From Candidatus Latescibacterota bacterium (GTDB lineage: Bacteria > Latescibacterota > UBA2968 > UBA8231): a stretch of 64,000 nt of DNA. Where the stretch lies: positions 256,001-320,000 of the forward strand of contig CBDETY010000003.1 in assembly GCA_965243025.1 (NCBI GenBank), read 5' to 3'. The translations under genes and the position numbers were made by a program. The notes beneath the pieces were generated by a model. That model saw only the letters and a program-made list of their open reading frames with translations. It was not told the origin of the DNA and made no database searches. Shown here one piece after another: positions 57,232 through 64,000 of the stretch (positions within the stretch are counted from its first letter, which is position 1; every line of letters begins with the position of its first letter).

Positions 57232-60090
57232 CTACTGTCCCGCGTACACGGTGATGAAGCCGGTCGATTCGGTCGCCCCGGCGCTCGCTTTCTCGAACTC
57301 TCCGGCGGCGCGGTCGGCGAGCTGAACCCTCTCGGTGAAGAACTGCGCCAGCCGGAACCCGACCTGGGTCGTCAACCGGTACCCCAGGTACTCCGAGGCG
57401 TTGGTCAGCTGGACGGCGCCGATGAGCGAGCGCAGGTCTCCGGTCTCGCCCACGGCCCCGAGCTCGAGCATCTCTTCCTCGTCGGCGAGCCGCTCGCTGA
57501 ACTGGGCCAGTTCCAGCCCCAGGGTCAGCGAGCTCCGCGCCAGCACCGGGAACTGGGTGACCAGCGTCGCGATTCCCGTCCATTGTTCCTGGCTCTTCCC
57601 GGCTTTTACGAAGGCGTCGCGCCTGAGGAACTCGCTCTTGACCTTGGGCTGCACCGTCAGGCTTCCCAGGGTCCAGCGGTAGTCCGCCTTGTTGACCAGG
57701 CCGAAGAGGACGGGTGAGGCGCGCAGCGGTCTGCCGGCCGGATCCCTTGGATCCCCGGACCTGTTGTGGTACAACTCGTACTTGAGCTTGTTGACGAGGC
57801 GCAGGTTCGGCACCGCGGTGTAGTCGAGGCCGAGCCAGGCGGTGTTGACCCAGGTGTCCTGGGCGGGGAGCACGTCCGGGACCAGGGGCGGGTACCCGGC
57901 CCGGCGGAACGGGGAGACGTCGCGGCGGTCGTCGGCGATCGCGTCCTGCGCCAGCTTGAACATGTCGAGGAGGCGGACGCGTCCGAGGTTGGGGTAGTCC
58001 CTCTCGAAGGTGGCGATAGCGTAGGTCGTCCGGTTGCGGCGGTCGTCGGAGATCATGCGCTCGTCGAGCCTGCCAAGGGTAATGCGGGCTTCGGGGGTCG
58101 CCTGCATGCCGCCGAAGATGTTGAGGCCCCTGCGGTCCTGCCTGTACGGGTAGTCGGGCAGCTCGTCGTTCTCGAAGCGGTCGACCCAGCCGTTGTTGTT
58201 CAGGTCGATTCCGAACAGGAACTCCGGCCGCTCGACGTCGTGCCTGAGAAACGGCTCCTCGTAGTCGGGAACGGTGTTCGAAACCGCGTTGTTGTCGTTC
58301 TGGTTGAAGTCGCTGATGAAGTCGTTGTTCTCGTCCCAGCCCGGGAAGACGTTGGTGTCGCTGAACCGCGAACCGGATCTCACCCAGTCGGGGATGTCGT
58401 CCTGATCGTCGTTGTCGTCGACGAACTCGTAGGCGTGAATCGGCAGGTTGTCGTACTGGATGTTTCCCTCGGTATCGACGACGAAGCTCTGGGTGGAGTA
58501 GTCGTCGTCGATGGCGTACCCCTCCCCGTACAGAAAGAACGGGTACTCCTCCTTCGACGCGGTCAGGTAGCGGGCGTCGGCGGTCCGGCGCGAGATCTCG
58601 TGGCCCTCGTTGGCGCTGAACAGGGTGGCGTTCGGGTACTGCGAGTAGCGGAAGCTGCGGTCCCATTCCCCGTAGAAATCCACTCCCCAGAGGTCGACTC
58701 CCTCGATCGTCGCTCCGGCCACGAGGTTGGCGGTCGGCAGGCCGTACTCGAACACGACCTTGCGGATGTTCGAGATGTCGGTGACGTTGCCGCCCGCCCG
58801 CGCCACCGGCAGCAGCGCCAGCCCGGCCTCGACGATCTCGACCGTTATCGGAGGAGAGGGAACTCCCGCAAAGGTCCGGCTGAGATAGGTGCGCGCCCTG
58901 CCGGGCTGCTTGTTCGACCAGATCTCGACCTTGTAATCGTTGGCGAGCACGTAACCGAACTCGACCGAGACGATGTGGGTCTCGTCGAGGCCGGACTCCG
59001 CCGGAAGCTGGAACCCGGGATCGTTGAAGTCGTAGTTCAGGATGATCGGCTCGTCGCCGTCGGCGGTCCGGAACCCCTCGCGCTCGAAACCTCCGAGCAC
59101 CAGGGGCCACTCGGTTCCCGGACGCACGACGTCCGCAAGGGTCCACACCCGTTCCTGTCCGGTCTCGAAATCCCGGGTGGTGATGCGCACGTCGTGCTCG
59201 AACAGGGCGGCCCCGGCGACGCCGTCGGCGGGCGAATCGTCGCTGAGGACGACGGCGATCGCCGTCAGCGGGGTCCTGCTCTGGCCCGAGGTCAGGTTGC
59301 CGGCCACGAGGTCTCCGGCGAACAGCTCCAGGGCCGAGTTGGAGTTGCGGGCGTCGACGAAGGTGCCGCCGACGGTGATGCGATCGCCGAGCACGACCTC
59401 GGCCCGCCCCCCGAACATGCTGGTGGAGTTCGTGTGGCGGTCCGCCTGGGGCCGGGCGAGGATGATCGGGTTGCTGATGCGGGATCCGAGGATCGTCGCC
59501 GCGTACCGGTTCCCGGTGAAATCGACCTGGACGCCGTCGAAGGCGGCCTTGGAAAAAGTCAGGGGAGTCAGCGTCGTGCGGATCTGGCTGCCCACCGTCA
59601 CCGAGTAGGTCCGGTCACCCTGCTTGTCCCTGGCGATCGTCGCGTTGCTGAACCAGCCGGCGAACTTGTCCCCCTTGAAGACGCTGCTGCCGTCGGAGAG
59701 GGGCTGCTCCTGGCGCCAGTCGTAGACGAGGAAGCCGTGGCTGACGAGGTCGCCGAAGTAGTCGTAGAAGTAATCCCCTTCGACCGCGGTGTTGACGTAG
59801 CGCTGGTAATGCCGGCGCCCGTAGTTCGAGTACTGCGTCTGGAGCCACCGGTACTCGTTGTAGAGCTCTTCCGGGATGTACCAGCGCCTCACCGTCGGAT
59901 CGAGGGGCCCGAACATCACCCCGTGTCCGCGGGGCTCGAAGCTCACCTCGCCTCCCCGCTGCACCTGGCGCCGGGAGCCGAGCTCCCCGGTTTCTCCGAA
60001 CCCGGGTGCGAGCGGCAGCAGCAGGGCGCAGGCGGCGGCCAGGGCCTGGATTACCCGGGGCGCGCCCGCGTTTACGCCGGGACCGGGCAT
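57232..60090 (-). CDS. Uncharacterised ~950-aa exported protein, family A (putative outer-membrane beta-barrel)
   Basis: TGATG overlap with the upstream gene; signal peptide; paralogous to 54245-57220 along its length; ends TGFITVYAGQ. Confidence 0.82.
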   Translation of the reverse strand: MPGPGVNAGAPRVIQALAAACALLLPLAPGFGETGELGSRRQVQRGGEVSFEPRGHGVMFGPLDPTVRRWYIPEELYNEYRWLQTQYSNYGRRHYQRYVNTAVEGDYFYDYFGDLVSHGFLVYDWRQEQPLSDGSSVFKGDKFAGWFSNATIARDKQGDRTYSVTVGSQIRTTLTPLTFSKAAFDGVQVDFTGNRYAATILGSRISNPIILARPQADRHTNSTSMFGGRAEVVLGDRITVGGTFVDARNSNSALELFAGDLVAGNLTSGQSRTPLTAIAVVLSDDSPADGVAGAALFEHDVRITTRDFETGQERVWTLADVVRPGTEWPLVLGGFEREGFRTADGDEPIILNYDFNDPGFQLPAESGLDETHIVSVEFGYVLANDYKVEIWSNKQPGRARTYLSRTFAGVPSPPITVEIVEAGLALLPVARAGGNVTDISNIRKVVFEYGLPTANLVAGATIEGVDLWGVDFYGEWDRSFRYSQYPNATLFSANEGHEISRRTADARYLTASKEEYPFFLYGEGYAIDDDYSTQSFVVDTEGNIQYDNLPIHAYEFVDDNDDQDDIPDWVRSGSRFSDTNVFPGWDENNDFISDFNQNDNNAVSNTVPDYEEPFLRHDVERPEFLFGIDLNNNGWVDRFENDELPDYPYRQDRRGLNIFGGMQATPEARITLGRLDERMISDDRRNRTTYAIATFERDYPNLGRVRLLDMFKLAQDAIADDRRDVSPFRRAGYPPLVPDVLPAQDTWVNTAWLGLDYTAVPNLRLVNKLKYELYHNRSGDPRDPAGRPLRASPVLFGLVNKADYRWTLGSLTVQPKVKSEFLRRDAFVKAGKSQEQWTGIATLVTQFPVLARSSLTLGLELAQFSERLADEEEMLELGAVGETGDLRSLIGAVQLTNASEYLGYRLTTQVGFRLAQFFTERVQLADRAAGEFEKASAGATESTGFITVYAGQ

Positions 60091-62315
60091 CAGTAGGCGA
60101 CCCCCACGGTACCGACCCCTTTCACGGCCCCGGTCGAGGCGTCGAGGGAGACGGCGAAGATGTAGTTGCCCGGCGGCACCGGTTTCCCGGCGTCGTTCAG
60201 GCCGTTCCACCGGCGCGCGTAGCGGCCGCTCGGGTCCTCGCCGTCGTACAGGCTCGCCATCTTCCGTCCGGAGAGGTCGAACACCTCGACCCGCACCCGC
60301 CTCGGCTCGGCGATGTTGGTGATGTCGTAGAGGATCAGGGCGCCGTCGTTGACCCCGTCCCGGTTCGGCGTCAGCACCGCGGGAACCGCTTCGACGTTGA
60401 CGAGGAGGTCGCGGGTTATCGGCACGGATACCGACAGGTTCCCCGGGCTGAGGCTGCCCACGGGCTGCGAGTCGGGATCCTCGAGGCCGTCCCCCCCGAG
60501 GTCGGCGGCGTTTCCGGCAACGAGTGCCTGGCCGATTCCGGGGTGGGCGGAGTTCCCGGCGCGCCCGGTGAACAGGGTGCCGAAGCGCAGCACCGAGTTG
60601 TCGAAGCCGACCTTGATTACCGCTCTTTCCTCCACCATCGGGAAGGAGATGACCAGACGGTCGTCCCGCACCTCCTCGATGGATACCCCGTTGCGGGTGA
60701 CCGGCAGCGCGTCGAGGGCGGCCCCGGTGAAATCGGCCAGCTGCCGCGATTCGCCGCGCTCGATCTCGATCCATCCCACCGCGGGAGTCCGCGTCGGGGT
60801 GTCGATCTCGATACGGTCGAAGCCGCCGCCGTCGGCGGAAGGCTCGCAGAGAACGGCGTAGGTGAATCCGGTGCGCTCTCCCACCGCCGCGGAGCGGGGC
60901 AGAATCTCGGCGATCAGCCTGTCGGCGAAGGCCGGAGAGAGGGCTTCGAAGCTCAGCCCTCCGAGCCCGGTGGCGGCGTCGAACGCGTCGTTGGCGAACT
61001 CCACCATGAACTGGAAGTAGCGCCGCGGATCCGGAGAGGAGATGGAGATTCCCCCGCCGGCCTCGCCCAGGGACTCGGGATCGACGATTCCCGGGGCCGG
61101 GTAGGGCGCCGACCAGGGGCTCCAGTTGGTCAGATCTTCCCGCAGGTCCCCGCGCTCCGCCCTGTCGACCTCTCTCCTGTAGTACTCCTGATCGATCTCG
61201 AGGGCGGCCCGCTGCTCGAGGGGGAGCTCGTTGTAGAAAAGCAGCACCTCGCGGCCGTCGAGGTCGGGATTGTCGAGCACGGTCTCGACGACCTCCCGCA
61301 GCTCCCCGTCCTCGATGGCGTCGGCGCGTTTCCACAGCGCTTCGATCGGAATGTCGACCTCGAGGATGTCCCCCTGGGCGACCTGCAGATCGATCCGTCC
61401 CGAGGGCTGCAGCCCCACCCGCGGGAACACCACCGTGCCCGGATCCACTCCGGTTCGGGTGCGGATGCGCATCTGGGACCGCAGCGGATCCCCCACCTGT
61501 TCCTCGACCCAGCGGATGTTCCCGAGAAGTGTCGGGGTGCCGAAGTCGATGATGTTGGAGACGTAGGTCGCCTCGGGAACGAAGCCCTGGGCGAAGGCCT
61601 GGAACTCGGCGATCTCGAACTCGGTGTTGGTCAGCACCTTGAGCCTGAGGTGGCGGACGAAGCGCGGCTCGATCCTGAGGTCGACGACCGGCTCTTCGTT
61701 CTTGGCCACGGTCTCGAGGGTCTCGAATATCAGCACCCCGTTGCTCTCGCTCTCCGGGGCGCCGTCGTTCTCGAGGATCTCGAATGACTTGAGAAAGTCC
61801 TTCTGATTCGGAAACCCCGGGGCCGGGAAGGCCGGGTCGGCGTTGCGCGGGAAGAACCTTATCCGGTTGAGGGCGAAAACGGCGCCGAGGTCGAACTGCA
61901 TGATGAAGCCGCTCGCCCGCGTGCTTTCCCCGGCCCTTTGCGGACGGACTTCCAGGGCGGTCTCCCCGTCGTCGTCGATCATTTTCGACAACTGCCCCTC
62001 CAGAGCCCGCAGACTGAGCGTCGGCGTCTCCAGCGACCCGCCCCTTGCGGGCGAGGTCAGGCCGATCATGATGTTGCGCTCCGTGTCGACCTGCTGCGGG
62101 AAGATCCAGTCCGGCCGCTCCGCGGTGCCGAAGTCGATGACACCGCCGGGGGCGTTGGTCTCCTCCACGGAGGTGTTGCCGCGGATAACGGTGGGGGGAA
62201 TGTCCCCTTCGTCGCCCCATCGGATCCCTTCGGGGCCGCCGATGACGATGGTTTCCACCTGGGCTCCCGCCTCCGGCAGGAGGGCGAACAACGCGATGAG
62301 GAGAATGGCCGTCAT
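60090..62315 (-). CDS. Secreted protein, family B: discoidin-like module + C-terminal FlgD/CHU_C-type domain
   Basis: Start MTAILLIALF (ATGA overlap); QFDLGAVF, GFVPEATYVSNIIDFG, NWSPWS, LTPNRDGVND, VFDLSGR, WNGLNDAG..VPPGNY; ends TVGVAY. Confidence 0.85.
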   Translation of the reverse strand: MTAILLIALFALLPEAGAQVETIVIGGPEGIRWGDEGDIPPTVIRGNTSVEETNAPGGVIDFGTAERPDWIFPQQVDTERNIMIGLTSPARGGSLETPTLSLRALEGQLSKMIDDDGETALEVRPQRAGESTRASGFIMQFDLGAVFALNRIRFFPRNADPAFPAPGFPNQKDFLKSFEILENDGAPESESNGVLIFETLETVAKNEEPVVDLRIEPRFVRHLRLKVLTNTEFEIAEFQAFAQGFVPEATYVSNIIDFGTPTLLGNIRWVEEQVGDPLRSQMRIRTRTGVDPGTVVFPRVGLQPSGRIDLQVAQGDILEVDIPIEALWKRADAIEDGELREVVETVLDNPDLDGREVLLFYNELPLEQRAALEIDQEYYRREVDRAERGDLREDLTNWSPWSAPYPAPGIVDPESLGEAGGGISISSPDPRRYFQFMVEFANDAFDAATGLGGLSFEALSPAFADRLIAEILPRSAAVGERTGFTYAVLCEPSADGGGFDRIEIDTPTRTPAVGWIEIERGESRQLADFTGAALDALPVTRNGVSIEEVRDDRLVISFPMVEERAVIKVGFDNSVLRFGTLFTGRAGNSAHPGIGQALVAGNAADLGGDGLEDPDSQPVGSLSPGNLSVSVPITRDLLVNVEAVPAVLTPNRDGVNDGALILYDITNIAEPRRVRVEVFDLSGRKMASLYDGEDPSGRYARRWNGLNDAGKPVPPGNYIFAVSLDASTGAVKGVGTVGVAY

Positions 62316-64000
62316 CGGTTGATCCCGGCGTACACGGTGATGAAGCTGATCGTCTCCGACGTCCCCCTGCTCCTTTTCCCGAAAAGCCCGTCCTCGTCCG
62401 CCTGCACCCGCTCGGCGAGGTTGCGCGCCAGCCGGAAGCCGATCTGGGTGGTCAGCCAGTATCCCTGGTAGGCGGAGTTCGTCGTCAGCTGCACCGCGAG
62501 ATTGACCGAGGTCACGTCGCCGGTCTCCCCCGCGGTTCCCGCGTCGATCATCCCGTCTTCGTCGACGGTCCTGTCGACGAACCGGGCGAGCTCGAGCCCC
62601 GTGGTGAGGGTGCTCCGTTCGAGGTAGGGGAATTTTGCCAGCAGCGTCGCCAGCCCCATCCAGTGCTCCCGGTCGACCCCGATCACCTCTCCGAGCAGCG
62701 ACTCGCGCACGAACGGCTGCCGGCGGAAGTACTCGAGCTTGGCCTTGGGCTCGAAGCTCACCGCTCCGATCGAGAAGCCGTACTCGACCTTGTTGACGAA
62801 GCCGAGCAGGGTGGGCGAGGCGGTCAGGGAACGGCCCTTCAGGTCGGTGGGATTCTCCTTCACGTGGTTGTAGATCTCGTACTTCAGCTTGTTGACGATC
62901 TTCAGGCGCGAGGCCGCGGTGAAGTCGAAGCCGACCCAGGCGGTGTTGATCCATGTGTCCGGTGCCGGAAGCAGATCCTCGATGACCGGCCTGGAAATGG
63001 CATTTCGCCAGGGGGAGGGGGCCAGGCGGTCGTCCGGTATGGTGTCGCTGGCCCGCTTCAGCATGTCGAAAACGCGCAGCCTCCAGGACCCGAAGCGTCT
63101 GTCCATGGTGAACAGGCCGTAGGTGGTTCTGTTGTCGCGGTCGTCGGAAAGCATGCGCTCCCGCGCCCGTCCCGCCATCACCCGGGTGTCCGGGGTCAGA
63201 TGTAGTCCGGCGAACGCGTTGTACCCCCTGCGGTCCGCCTTGTACGGGAAATCGGGAAGGATGTCGTCCTCGAAGCGGTCGATCCAGGCGTTGTTGTTGA
63301 GGTCGATGCCGAAAAGGAACTCCGGCCGGTCGACGTCATGCCTGAGGAAGGGCTCCTCGTAGTCGGGAAGGGTGTTGCGCAGGGTTCTGTTGTCGTTCTG
63401 GTTGAAGTCGGAGATGAAGTCGTTGTTCTGGTCCCACCCGGGGTAGACGTCGGTGTCGCCGGCCTGCGAACCGGGCCGCACCCAGTCGGGAAGGCGGTCC
63501 TGGTCGTCGTTGTCCTCGACGAACTCGTAGAGGTGCAGATCGGGGCGGTCGTAGTCGATGTCCCCGTTCTCGTCGACGACGAAGGCGCTCGTCGAGTAGT
63601 CGCCGTCGATCGCGTAGGCCTCGCCGTATAGAAAGAGGGGGTATCTCTGTTTGCGGGCGGTCACGTAGCGGGCGTCCGCGGTCCGCCGCGAGATCTCGTG
63701 ACCCTCGTTGGCCCTGAAGAGCGCCGCGTTCGGGAACTGGGAATAACGGAGATTGCGGTCCCATTCCGCGTAGAGGTCGATGCCCCAGATATCGGTACCC
63801 TCGACGGTCACCCCGGCGATCATGTTTGCGGTGGGCAGCCCGTAGTCGAAGGTGACCCGGCGGATATTCGTTATGTCCCGCACGTTGCCCCCGGCGCGGT
63901 CGACCAGGAGCAGGGCGGGGCGCTGGGCCTCGATGATCTCGCTGGTCAGGGGCGTATCCGGGGGGCCGTTGCGACCCGTCTGCCGGTCCGACCAGAGCTC
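62312..64000 (-). CDS. Family A protein (putative outer-membrane beta-barrel), 5'-truncated by the window edge
   Basis: Frame stays open to base 64000 (ELWSDRQTGR..RAGGNV); shares FDYGLPTAN, EDNDDQD, PGWDQNNDFISDFNQND, FLFGIDLNNN; ends SFITVYAGINR. Confidence 0.85.
   Translation of the reverse strand, partial: ELWSDRQTGRNGPPDTPLTSEIIEAQRPALLLVDRAGGNVRDITNIRRVTFDYGLPTANMIAGVTVEGTDIWGIDLYAEWDRNLRYSQFPNAALFRANEGHEISRRTADARYVTARKQRYPLFLYGEAYAIDGDYSTSAFVVDENGDIDYDRPDLHLYEFVEDNDDQDRLPDWVRPGSQAGDTDVYPGWDQNNDFISDFNQNDNRTLRNTLPDYEEPFLRHDVDRPEFLFGIDLNNNAWIDRFEDDILPDFPYKADRRGYNAFAGLHLTPDTRVMAGRARERMLSDDRDNRTTYGLFTMDRRFGSWRLRVFDMLKRASDTIPDDRLAPSPWRNAISRPVIEDLLPAPDTWINTAWVGFDFTAASRLKIVNKLKYEIYNHVKENPTDLKGRSLTASPTLLGFVNKVEYGFSIGAVSFEPKAKLEYFRRQPFVRESLLGEVIGVDREHWMGLATLLAKFPYLERSTLTTGLELARFVDRTVDEDGMIDAGTAGETGDVTSVNLAVQLTTNSAYQGYWLTTQIGFRLARNLAERVQADEDGLFGKRSRGTSETISFITVYAGINR

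Noticed and set aside
54245-62954. 1633-aa, 1662-aa and 954-aa ORFs as single proteins or programmed frameshift fusions
   Set aside because: The N-terminal extensions are off-frame reads of the upstream genes; each real gene has its own start and signal peptide (57220, 60090, 62315)
49373-64000. Flagellar (FlgD) operon, prophage or contractile injection system
   Set aside because: Only the C-terminal Ig-like tag resembles FlgD; no flagellar, capsid, tail-tube, sheath or baseplate motifs were recognised, and all complete genes have signal peptides

Overview
High-GC bacterial genomic window with about 41 protein-coding genes and no recognisable rRNA, tRNA, transposase, integrase or CRISPR array. 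The left part (1-15.5 kb) is mostly housekeeping or cofactor genes: pckA, DUF502, queC, creatininase family, a WbpD-like acetyltransferase, FAH family, two MFS transporters, a trans-sulfuration PLP enzyme, an unusual FolC + ATP-grasp fusion, moaA and a CoxD/CoxE-like pair, with a hairpin-containing ~93-bp tandem repeat between moaA and folC. The middle (15.5-38 kb) is catabolic: DUF5916-like protein, sugar isomerase, DUF6785-like membrane protein, deacetylase, metallophosphoesterase, hydantoinase A/B, BNR-repeat protein, two PhyH dioxygenases, amidohydrolase, sulfatase and two tandem alkaline-phosphatase-superfamily enzymes. The right part (38-64 kb) encodes cell-envelope proteins: CRTAC1/ASPIC-UnbV, HTTM and TPR proteins, and a secreted protein ending in a TAVExxSWGxIK tail. 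The most notable feature is a minus-strand cluster (47.6 kb to beyond 64 kb) of three paralogous putative outer-membrane beta-barrels (two complete, ~950-990 aa; one cut by the window edge) with conserved Asp/Asn-rich inserts, interleaved with three paralogous secreted proteins ending in a TPNGDGIND/FlgD-type C-terminal domain, followed by a SurA/PpiC-like chaperone. This is the best candidate for an undescribed secretion or surface-display system. The gene repertoire suggests an FCB-group organism such as Latescibacterota (inference). All family assignments come from motifs recognised by eye; no searches were run.
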